The position numbers were made by a program, and so were the translations under genes. Under the pieces are notes generated by a model. That model ran no database searches and was not told where the DNA came from. It saw only the letters and a program-made list of their open reading frames with translations. A DNA stretch of 64,000 nt from Candidatus Staskawiczbacteria bacterium RIFOXYB1_FULL_38_37 (GTDB lineage Bacteria > Patescibacteriota > Minisyncoccia > Minisyncoccales > Staskawiczbacteraceae). How positions within the stretch are numbered: position 1 is the first letter of the stretch; each line of letters begins with the position of its first letter. Below, in pieces: positions 1 through 7,788 of this stretch. The DNA lies in assembly GCA_001822075.1 (NCBI GenBank), contig MHPK01000004.1, positions 71,979 through 135,978 of the forward strand. The letters are read 5' to 3'.

Positions 1-2198
1 TTTTTAGGAGGAGTTGAAGGAGGATAGTTTATTTTTTCTTCTACCAAATCGCATGGGCATTCAGGGCATTTTGATGAAGCCGGGCATTTTGCTGTTTCAG
101 GATACAAATTTAAGCATGTAGTAAACGTTTTTGTTCCATCGCTATTTGTTATTGTTATGGGCGCATATGCGCTAGAGCATATTTGGTAGGCGTTGTATTG
201 TTTTATAAAAGATGCAGAATAATTGCCCTGCAAGGAATAAGGGGATTTTAAACAATCAGGGTATCCTGCGTATTGGTCTGAGCAATACGCGCATTTATAT
301 GCTGAATTTTCTATACAGCTTTTTATGCAGTCATTTGTATTTTGTTCACAGGTGGAGCCTGCGCAGTTTGACCGGCACTCTTGGCTGTTTGCGCATTTTT
401 GCAGTTGCGCAAAATCAACAAGACACGTGCTTTCATTGTCTATTAAGCATTGGGAGTCGTTAGCGCAATTTTTTACGCATTTCTTTTTTTCGTCTTCATT
501 CAAATATTCTTGGCATGATTCTGCGCATTGTTCTTTGCATACAGACATACAATTATAAAAGCTTGTAAACTTGCTTCCGGGAACACAGCTTCTGTAATCA
601 TAGCAACTTTTTACTTCTTCTATGGTTTTTGCCTTGCTGTAGCAGTTAAAGTCTACTTTGCTTGCGCCGGGGCATATGTCTTTACACTGGCTGTAACAAG
701 AAGAATTGTTAAATTCAAATCCCTGGCAATATTTTGCAGGATTAATTTTTTCTTGTGTTATGGGGTCTGAAAATGGCTTATCAACTAATATAATTTTTTC
801 ATCTTTGTCTGTTTTCTCAAAAGTCTTTATAAAATCAATATAGCTGTCTGCAAGATAGCATTGCCCAAGATAATTTTCGGTTTCTTTTAGCTTGTCAGAG
901 TCTTTTTTTACAGTCTCTTTTATTTCTTCAATTCTTCCCTGCAGATATATTAATTGGTCAATAAGCCTTAAATTATGCCAAGGGCTGGTTTTTTTCAGGC
1001 AATCTTGCCGATTTTGTTCGCAGTTAGCTTTTTGCTGTTCGCATTTTTGCTGTTCTGCTATGCAATTTGCGTAATCTTTTTGGATAGCATAGCATGCATG
1101 GCAATTATAAATGCATAGTTCGCAATTGCCAGGGTTTATAATTGTTATCTGCTGGCCATTAAGTTTTGCGGGAGGCTGAACTTCCACAGCATTTTTTATA
1201 AGCTGGTAGTTTTGGGAAAACTGCGACCTGAATTCATCTAATCCTAAATATTTTTTTTCAGTTTGAATATAATATTGGGGCAAGGGTTCATTTTTTTGCG
1301 GAATGTTTTCAATGGTAAGGTCTGTTTTTACAGATTTAAGCGGTATTGGCCCATGCTCAATTATTTCTTTTATGCCGCTAGGGCAGCAATCTGGGCCAGG
1401 CCCTGCGCACTTTCCCGGGCTGCATTTACCGTCGTTTTCTTTGCAGGTTGCGCTGCATTTTCCAGTGTCAGAGCATACGCATTGTTGCATTAATTTTACT
1501 ATTTCATCAGATAGCTTTTTAACTATTTCAGCTTTTCTGTCAGCTGCATGGGTTAGTTTCAAAATACAGTCAACTCTGTCGTTTTTTAAATAAGTGGGGC
1601 CCATAAAAACTCTTCCATCATCAGTTTTTATCTGCTCGCCTAAAATAGGGTTTCCATCGCCGTCAAAGTCATAGCAATCTATTTGCCGAGATAAAAGATT
1701 TTCAGTTAATTTTCCTATGGGTATTTCGCTGTAAAGTTGGACAGGAGGCTGGGGGCCAGGGGGATTAAAAAAATTAGCTAAAAAAGTAAGCGGAGGAAAT
1801 TTACTTAAGTCAAAAATTACAAGATACGGATTTATTGTATAAGCTATAAGATAGGAGCAGACAATTAAAAGCAGGCCTAAAATGCCTGCTTTTATCCAAG
1901 CCTTAGCTTCATCCGGCCCTCTTTTTCCTTTTTTGGGGTCAATCATTTTTCCCAATCCAAACGTGAACATATATTGTATTCCGCCCCATGCTATAACAAT
2001 AACAGCTAAAGCGCCGGCAATAGCTATTCCTATATTAAAGAAATATTTTGCGTATTCTGGCAGAGTGGGATCTGAACCAAGCGAAAACCCAAAAATTGAA
2101 GGATATTTAGCTTCAAGCGCATACGCAAAATTAGCGCCTGCCAAAAAAATACCGGCAAACAAAAAATAAAAAATAATTTTTTTTATCTTTTTTTTCAA
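1..2198 (-). CDS. Partial pilin-fusion protein: signal peptide plus T4SS-pilin-like (TrbC/VirB2-type) two-helix module fused to a >600-aa cysteine-rich extracellular region; C-terminus lies beyond the window start
   Basis: Absent from the ORF track because no stop codon lies inside the window. The minus-strand frame with codons at 3-5 ... 2196-2198 is open wherever I hand-translated it (1-130, 480-540, 1020-1075, 1860-1920, 2100-2198). TTG start at 2198: MKKKIKKIIFYFLFAGIFLAGANFAYA..IAIAGALAVIVIAWGGIQYMF..AKAWIKAGILGLLLIV.., then Cys-rich (..KCPASSKCPECPCD..). Only short antisense shadow ORFs are listed on the + strand. Confidence 0.8.
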   Translation of the reverse strand, partial: MKKKIKKIIFYFLFAGIFLAGANFAYALEAKYPSIFGFSLGSDPTLPEYAKYFFNIGIAIAGALAVIVIAWGGIQYMFTFGLGKMIDPKKGKRGPDEAKAWIKAGILGLLLIVCSYLIAYTINPYLVIFDLSKFPPLTFLANFFNPPGPQPPVQLYSEIPIGKLTENLLSRQIDCYDFDGDGNPILGEQIKTDDGRVFMGPTYLKNDRVDCILKLTHAADRKAEIVKKLSDEIVKLMQQCVCSDTGKCSATCKENDGKCSPGKCAGPGPDCCPSGIKEIIEHGPIPLKSVKTDLTIENIPQKNEPLPQYYIQTEKKYLGLDEFRSQFSQNYQLIKNAVEVQPPAKLNGQQITIINPGNCELCIYNCHACYAIQKDYANCIAEQQKCEQQKANCEQNRQDCLKKTSPWHNLRLIDQLIYLQGRIEEIKETVKKDSDKLKETENYLGQCYLADSYIDFIKTFEKTDKDEKIILVDKPFSDPITQEKINPAKYCQGFEFNNSSCYSQCKDICPGASKVDFNCYSKAKTIEEVKSCYDYRSCVPGSKFTSFYNCMSVCKEQCAESCQEYLNEDEKKKCVKNCANDSQCLIDNESTCLVDFAQLQKCANSQECRSNCAGSTCEQNTNDCIKSCIENSAYKCAYCSDQYAGYPDCLKSPYSLQGNYSASFIKQYNAYQICSSAYAPITITNSDGTKTFTTCLNLYPETAKCPASSKCPECPCDLVEEKINYPPSTPPK

Positions 2199-2211
2199 TG
2201 CAATTTTTTGT

Positions 2212-4017
2212 CTAATTTTCTGCAGAAATTATTTTTCTTTTTGCTTCTCTGGCTCTTAAAACTTCTTCTGGAGCTGTAGTTATTATCTGGTCTTCTGTTT
2301 GGCTGGCAACAACAGAAATTGCAACATGTTTTTTACCGGCAAAAAATAATCCTTCTCCTACGGCAGCTTCAAGCAAAAGGTATTTTTCCTGCTCTGTTAA
2401 ATTAAAGGTTTTTTGCACAATATCAATTGTGGCTGGAGACTGCTTCATTAAAAGCTGCAAAGAAGAGTTTGTAACAATTGCCTTTCCATAATCTGATTTC
2501 ATAAAATCAGCAACGTCTTGGGTGATTGTCGTAACCCCAAGCCAGTATTTTCTGCCTCTTTTTGCCAGCCCAAATAAAAATGAAGCCCCGTCTTCTGACT
2601 GCATAAGCCACCATGCCTCGTCAATCACAAGTATTCTCTTTTTTAAGCTTGTTCTAACAATATTCCAAACATACCTCATAATTATATATAAAGCTATTGG
2701 CCTTAAAGATTCTTCCATATCTCTTATTCCAAAAACAACAAGGCTTTTTTCTATTGAAATATTTGAGTGCTGATTAAAAAAATCTGCAAAAGTGCCCTTG
2801 GTGAATTTTTTAATTCTTTTTACCAAAGATTCGGTTCCTGTCATGCTTTCTAAAACTTCTTCAAAGTCAGACATCAAGGGCACATTGTTCTGCCATGTTG
2901 CAGGGTCAGCCTGGGCAGTAATATCTCTTATAGCATAGGTTTCTGTGAGAGCCTCGTCTAAAACACTATCTTCTTCTGCAGTAAGCCCGCCAAGCATAAT
3001 TCTTAAAAGCCCTACCAAGTTAATAATGTTTGAGCGCAAAATGTCTTCTGGGTTGTCATCTGGCCCTGGGGTTGGCAGGTCAAATGGATTTAAATGGTTG
3101 GGCGAGGTAAGTGAAATTTTTAAAAAAGCTCCTCCCACAGAATCAGCCAAAGCCTCATATTCATTTTCAGGGTCAATAATAATTACATCAACCCCCTGCA
3201 TTAAATATCTTAAAATTTCCAATTTTATAGCATATGATTTTCCCGAGCCGGCTTTTGCAAAAACAACTGAATTAGCGTTTTCCAAACTAAATCTGTCAAA
3301 CAACACCAAAGAATTGTTATGCCGGTTTATGCCGTATAAAATACCTTCGTTTGAGCTTAAGTCAAAAGACATAAAGGGAAACGAGGTTGAAAGGGGCTCT
3401 GTGTCCATTGGGGTGTGCACATCCAGTAAATCTAATCCATACGGGTTGCAGGAAATAAATCCTTCTTTTTGCTTGAACAAAGCAGGCTTTATATAAATTA
3501 GCCTTGATTCAAAAATTGACCTCAAGGTAAGTTCTGTGTCTCTTAATTCTTTTTCTGAATTTTCATAAACTGTTATATAAAGCCCGAACCTGAACATTTT
3601 TTCCTGGGCTGTCATAAGCTTATCCCTTAAGTTTTCAATATCCCTATAAGCTGTTTCAAGCGCAGGGTCTCTTACAAGCCCTTTTTCTTCTCTTTCTAAA
3701 ATTTCAGAAGACACCTCAGTAATTTTTTTTCTTAATTTTTTTAGAATAAGCTCTGAAGAAATTGGGTGCACAAAAAACGATATGTCCATTGGGCTGCTTA
3801 AGTCAATTACAGGCGTCAGCCAGCCTGTGTTTAAATATCTGGGGTATGAAAAAACAAAAAAAGATTTTGCGAACCTTTCGCCCAGTTTTATGTGGTCTTG
3901 GGTAATTCCAATATACGGGGGAGCAATAATGTCTTTTACATCAAAAGATTCCTCTTCAAATATCTTGTCTTCAATCTCGTTTTCTTTTTTCCCGAATAAA
4001 TTGTCTAAAAATTTCAT
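2212..4017 (-). CDS. virB4: VirB4/TrbE/PrgJ-type type IV secretion ATPase
   Basis: 601-aa ORF; Walker A AKAGSGKS, Walker B ILVIDEAWWL; stop lies 13 nt upstream of the pilin-fusion gene start. Confidence 0.9.
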   Translation of the reverse strand: MKFLDNLFGKKENEIEDKIFEEESFDVKDIIAPPYIGITQDHIKLGERFAKSFFVFSYPRYLNTGWLTPVIDLSSPMDISFFVHPISSELILKKLRKKITEVSSEILEREEKGLVRDPALETAYRDIENLRDKLMTAQEKMFRFGLYITVYENSEKELRDTELTLRSIFESRLIYIKPALFKQKEGFISCNPYGLDLLDVHTPMDTEPLSTSFPFMSFDLSSNEGILYGINRHNNSLVLFDRFSLENANSVVFAKAGSGKSYAIKLEILRYLMQGVDVIIIDPENEYEALADSVGGAFLKISLTSPNHLNPFDLPTPGPDDNPEDILRSNIINLVGLLRIMLGGLTAEEDSVLDEALTETYAIRDITAQADPATWQNNVPLMSDFEEVLESMTGTESLVKRIKKFTKGTFADFFNQHSNISIEKSLVVFGIRDMEESLRPIALYIIMRYVWNIVRTSLKKRILVIDEAWWLMQSEDGASFLFGLAKRGRKYWLGVTTITQDVADFMKSDYGKAIVTNSSLQLLMKQSPATIDIVQKTFNLTEQEKYLLLEAAVGEGLFFAGKKHVAISVVASQTEDQIITTAPEEVLRAREAKRKIISAEN

Positions 4018-4123
4018 AACAGAAATTTTAAATTATAAATTTTAAATGAAATTATAATGTTTAAATGTTTTAAAATTTAAGAATTTAGTTTTGAATTAAA
4101 ATTTAAAATTTGTTATTTAAAAT

Positions 4124-4789
4124 TTATTTTAGGAGTTCTGGCAATATTTCTGGATAATATCCCACCTCTGCCTGATCCGGATGGTGTATGGCCCAAAAAA
4201 GCTCTATAAGCTCTGGCGTTGTAAGGGGCACAGCCTCCAGCCCGCACCTTCTTAAACCCATTGCAACATATTCCATTCTTTGCCATATTTGAGTTTTGCA
4301 TCTTTGGAACTTGTCGTCATCTAATTTTTGATTTTGTTCTTTTTTACCTGAAAACTGGCTTAACAAATTGAAATTTTTTACAGCTGACCCCACGCCAAAA
4401 ATTTCCATTAAATTATAGGGAACTACCGCATAAAAGTTTTTTGTCATAACCACATCCCCCACAACCATATTTTTAATAAATTCCCTGTAAGAAGAAGTTT
4501 GTTTTCTCAGCAGTTCGTTCGTTTGTTTTTCTTCTAAATCTTTTATGCTGTCTAAATATGGAGTAATGTTTATATTTCTTGACTGAATGACAATTTGGCA
4601 GGAAAAATCCAAAGAATTCAAAAAGCTTTGAAAAGCATATACAATTGCCGTCTGCTCTTCTTCAGATTTTAACGCAAAATTTATTGAGGAAACCATTAAT
4701 ATTCCCCTTATAGAGCTATTTTTTAAAATCAAAACCCCCTCTCTTATATCCTGCACTTCCAAAAATGCTTGTGTTGCGCTCTCGGTCAT
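4124..4789 (-). CDS. Hypothetical T4SS-associated protein (resembles the non-ATPase N-terminal domain of Gram-positive-type VirB4)
   Basis: 221-aa ORF co-oriented with virB4. The N-terminus (FLEVQDIREGVLILKNSSIRGILMVSSINFALKSEEEQ) looks like VirB4 N-domain openings. Assigned by pattern memory only. Confidence 0.55.
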   Translation of the reverse strand: MTESATQAFLEVQDIREGVLILKNSSIRGILMVSSINFALKSEEEQTAIVYAFQSFLNSLDFSCQIVIQSRNINITPYLDSIKDLEEKQTNELLRKQTSSYREFIKNMVVGDVVMTKNFYAVVPYNLMEIFGVGSAVKNFNLLSQFSGKKEQNQKLDDDKFQRCKTQIWQRMEYVAMGLRRCGLEAVPLTTPELIELFWAIHHPDQAEVGYYPEILPELLK

Positions 4790-4857
4790 AATTTTACTAA
4801 TTATAAATTTTAAATTCTAAATTTTAATTGAAAAAACTAATTTTAAAATGTTTAAAT

Positions 4858-5229
4858 TTAATCAGAATTTTTATCCACAGAAGAAATTACTATTTTGGAA
4901 AAAATAAGCGTTAACTCTTGAGCTTCGTTCCAAAGTTTTCTGCACATGTCTGTTTTCTCTGGGTTAGCTTTGGCAATCATTCTTAACCAGTGTTTAGTTT
5001 CTCTTGTTTCTTTTTTGCAGATGCATATTTTATTTCTAAAGTCTTTTTTAGAGCTAGCCCCGTTTGCCTCCATATAATTTGCTCCAACACTCGTTGAAGA
5101 CCTTATTATCTGGCTTACGAGAGGACGGTTTATCTCGTTTTTTTCTAATGTTTTAATAAAGTCAATCATATCTTCGCCAAACCGAGCAGTCCTTTCTTCT
5201 AAGTCATATTTACAATTTGTTTTGTCCAT
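4858..5229 (-). CDS. Four-helix-bundle protein (23S rRNA intervening-sequence protein family)
   Basis: 123 aa with the family signature SSTSVGANYMEANGASSKKDFRNKICICKKETRETKHWL; flanked by inverted AT-rich repeats at 4797-4835 and 5243-5280. Confidence 0.85.
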   Translation of the reverse strand: MDKTNCKYDLEERTARFGEDMIDFIKTLEKNEINRPLVSQIIRSSTSVGANYMEANGASSKKDFRNKICICKKETRETKHWLRMIAKANPEKTDMCRKLWNEAQELTLIFSKIVISSVDKNSD

Positions 5230-5281
5230 TTAATCATTTAAATTTCATTTAAAATTGAAAATTTAAAATTTAAAATTAACT

Positions 5282-5689
5282 TTACTTCGTCCTCAGCTCT
5301 ACTTCTGTTTTTGTTTTTTTAAGCTGGCTTTGCTGAACTTTTAAAACAGGACCCTCTTCTATCTTTTTTATTTGGGCTCTTTTAATGGGCTTGAATGGAT
5401 AAAGTGATTCTTTCTTTTTCCATGTATAATTTTTTCCTCCTGCCATAAATCCTATTGAAGCTAATATCATATTTATTATCGGCACTCCGTTCACCTGCAC
5501 AAAGGCCAGCACCACAGAAACGGCTCCTATTAAAAAACTTGCTATTATAAAAAGAAAAAAGGGCAGCGCATAATACAAAATAAAGCAGATAACTCCTGCT
5601 CCCACCAGATAAAAAAACTGCCGGAAAGATATAAAGAAAGCAATTTTTCCTTCTGCTTCAATAAATTGCGGTATAGGATATTGTTCCAC
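5282..5689 (-). CDS. PrgI/VirB3-like small T4SS membrane protein
   Basis: 135 aa; PIPQFIEAEGKIAFFISFRQFFYLVG motif followed by two TM helices, typical of PrgI-family proteins. Confidence 0.7.
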   Translation of the reverse strand: MEQYPIPQFIEAEGKIAFFISFRQFFYLVGAGVICFILYYALPFFLFIIASFLIGAVSVVLAFVQVNGVPIINMILASIGFMAGGKNYTWKKKESLYPFKPIKRAQIKKIEEGPVLKVQQSQLKKTKTEVELRTK

Positions 5690-5857
5690 TTTTAAATAAT
5701 TTTAAATTATAAATTTTAATTGAAAAACCTAATTTTTAAATGTTTTAAACATTTTAACATTTAAAATTGATTTAAAATTTAAAATTTGTTATTTAAAATT
5801 TTATTCTATTATTATACCATGCAGAAAAAAGTAGTGATAACAAAAGTTTTCAACACC

Positions 5858-5886
5858 TTGACGCTGGTTTATCTTTATGATATAAT
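5858..5886 (+). promoter_or_regulatory. Near-consensus sigma70-type promoter of the SPFH-like gene
   Basis: TTGACG (5858-5863), 17-nt spacer, TATAAT (5881-5886) with TGA immediately upstream; AAGGAGA RBS at 5959-5965 and ATG at 5972. Confidence 0.6.
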
Positions 5887-5971
5887 AAAATATAGAGTTC
5901 GTTGTCAAAAATAGCCGGGGAGTTCTGGCTATCAACGATAGGTACACCTGTTTTCTTGAAGGAGAGAAAAG

Positions 5972-7222
5972 ATGAGAAATTTTTTGATTGGAGTGTTGCC
6001 CGTATGTTTTGTCGCGCTCGTTGTTGGGCTCGGGTTTGGTTTCTACTACCACCCAGTCATTATGACGATACTGGCGATTCTGTTGATCCTGGCGATTCCA
6101 CTTGCTTTACTGGTATGCTGGTTAATCGGTATTATCGGCTTCAAGCGGGTTCCGCCTAAGAAGTTGTTGCTGTTTACCTACGGCGATGATTTAGTCTATG
6201 GCGTAATGAACTTTCCGGGTCGCCATTTTGATCCGAATGGAAGAGTGGCACAGGGACAGGGACCTAGTGAATACTGGTATGGAGATTGCAGGTGGATTAT
6301 TCGCTGGAGGAGATGGGTCTTGTATTTTGGATGGTTTGTTTGGCCCGTATCATACGACGAAAACAACAATCCAGATGGCTTTGGTTTTGACATTTACGTC
6401 GATTTGTCAGATCACTTTGTGACTGTTAATGTCGAAGAAGCTGAGACCAAAGACAACATCCCAGACCCTGATAATCCCGGCGAGATGATTCCGGGCCCTG
6501 CTGCAAGTTACGATGCTCAATGCCCTGGAAGGGTTGTTGACCCTCGCCTGTTCGTCATTGGTTCGCCACCCAACGTTTTTCAGGATGGTATTGCCAGTGT
6601 GTTTGAGGCCATCATGCGCAAATGGGGACGCCTTAAGACCGAGTCAGAGCTGCTTAATGCAGGAGTGAGCGGAGGCGCCAGTGGAATTGGCGCTGAGCTT
6701 CAAGACCCTGCTAAAGTGGACGCCCAATCGGCGTTTGACATTATGTCAGAACGATGGGGCTTTGAGCTCGCGATAGAGGATATAACCATCAGGAGCATAA
6801 CCTTCAATAGATCTTACCAGGATGCTCGACAGGATGTTAGGCTGGAAGCTATGAAAGCTCAGGCTGCGGATGCCCGTATATACGGGCCCGTAAAAAGAGC
6901 GATTGCTGCTGGCATCGACCCCAAGGATGCAGTAAGATTACGCGGCTTGGATATGGGCGCCACGGCTGATCTGTCGGACAGAAAAGAGACGCTTAAGGTG
7001 GAGGGATTGGAGGGTATCCAGTATCTGTCCACTGGTGGCGCGGGTGGAATGGGAGTTATGCTTCCGGCCCCTCAACCGAAAGGAGGTAAAAATCCCGGCG
7101 GAAATCCGAAAGGAGGCAATCCCGGTGGTGGGCAAAAGGACGTGGCCCAACTGGCTGAAGAGCACTTCCGTCAGAATGGTAAATATCCCCCTTGGGATCC
7201 CTTGAAGCGAACGCCGAACTAA
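5972..7222 (+). CDS. SPFH/band-7-like membrane protein, compositionally foreign (about 50 percent GC)
   Basis: 416 aa; two N-terminal TM helices. SPFH-like blocks are present (GFKRVPPKK..; ETKDNIP..VVDPRLFV; WGFELAIEDITIRSITFNRSYQDARQDVRLEAMKAQA), with a Gly/Pro/Lys-rich tail. Codon usage (CTG, GCG, GGC) is unlike the neighbours. Opposite strand to the T4SS genes. Confidence 0.6.
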   Translation: MRNFLIGVLPVCFVALVVGLGFGFYYHPVIMTILAILLILAIPLALLVCWLIGIIGFKRVPPKKLLLFTYGDDLVYGVMNFPGRHFDPNGRVAQGQGPSEYWYGDCRWIIRWRRWVLYFGWFVWPVSYDENNNPDGFGFDIYVDLSDHFVTVNVEEAETKDNIPDPDNPGEMIPGPAASYDAQCPGRVVDPRLFVIGSPPNVFQDGIASVFEAIMRKWGRLKTESELLNAGVSGGASGIGAELQDPAKVDAQSAFDIMSERWGFELAIEDITIRSITFNRSYQDARQDVRLEAMKAQAADARIYGPVKRAIAAGIDPKDAVRLRGLDMGATADLSDRKETLKVEGLEGIQYLSTGGAGGMGVMLPAPQPKGGKNPGGNPKGGNPGGGQKDVAQLAEEHFRQNGKYPPWDPLKRTPN

Positions 7223-7244
7223 GGGTTCTGTTTATCAGAATCAA

Positions 7245-7275
7245 AAAGGGCAAGCACAATGTGTAATTGCCCTTT
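7245..7275. terminator. Hairpin between convergent genes (possible bidirectional terminator)
   Basis: AAAGGGCAA (7245-7253) pairs with TTGCCCTTT (7267-7275) around a 13-nt loop; T-rich on the 3' side. Confidence 0.45.
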
Positions 7276-7289
7276 TATCTTACAAATTT

Positions 7290-7775
7290 TTATTCAATTG
7301 ACTCCCTATATCTATCCGGCCCGTCAGATTTTTTATTTATAGTTAGCGCTGATAGTGGTGGCACTGATTTTTTAGGAAGTTCAGATTCAAGTCTAAGATT
7401 ATTTTCAATATCTGACGACATTGGCAATTTTTCCGATGTTGTTTTTTTTATTTCTTTTGGTTTCTCTTCCTGTTTTTTTGTATACAAAAGAGACCCTCTA
7501 TCTTTTTGTGACAAGTTATTCCATAGAGTTGGGATAAGGGTATTTTTAATTTCTTCAGCTATTTGTTTGGCCGTTTTTTGAGGAACGCCAAGTTCTTTTT
7601 GTATAGAATCTATCAATTCTTTTTCTGATATTTCAGATCGGGAAAAAAACATTGTTAATTTTTCTATCAAATATTTAACATCGGTATCATTCAAATTGTA
7701 TTTTTTGATTATATCGGCGAGCATCAAATCAGACTTAGGGCTAAATGTTGATGATATACTTTTTGTTATATCCAT
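7290..7775 (-). CDS. Hypothetical protein within the T4SS-like locus
   Basis: 161-aa ORF, AT-rich like the host genome, 13 nt downstream of the VirB6-like gene. No motif recognised. Confidence 0.6.
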   Translation of the reverse strand: MDITKSISSTFSPKSDLMLADIIKKYNLNDTDVKYLIEKLTMFFSRSEISEKELIDSIQKELGVPQKTAKQIAEEIKNTLIPTLWNNLSQKDRGSLLYTKKQEEKPKEIKKTTSEKLPMSSDIENNLRLESELPKKSVPPLSALTINKKSDGPDRYRESIE

Positions 7776-7788
7776 ATTATTTTATTTT

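Noticed and set aside
2522-4045. Plus-strand ORFs inside virB4 (2522-2773, 2945-3496, 3782-4045), and similar antisense ORFs inside pnp, rpoB, rpoC, ileS, cca and the VirB6-like gene
   Set aside because: They are shadow ORFs opposite well-supported genes, with low-complexity translations and no motifs.
4871-4879. oriC, suggested by perfect DnaA boxes (4871-4879, 16977-16985, 27226-27234)
   Set aside because: The three boxes are isolated and more than 10 kb apart, two lie inside coding sequence, and there is no AT-rich unwinding region with clustered boxes.
5801-6159. ORFs 5801-6052 (-) and 5902-6159 (+) at the start of the SPFH island
   Set aside because: They span the promoter and leader and overlap the RBS-supported ORF starting at 5972. 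No support exists beyond an open frame.
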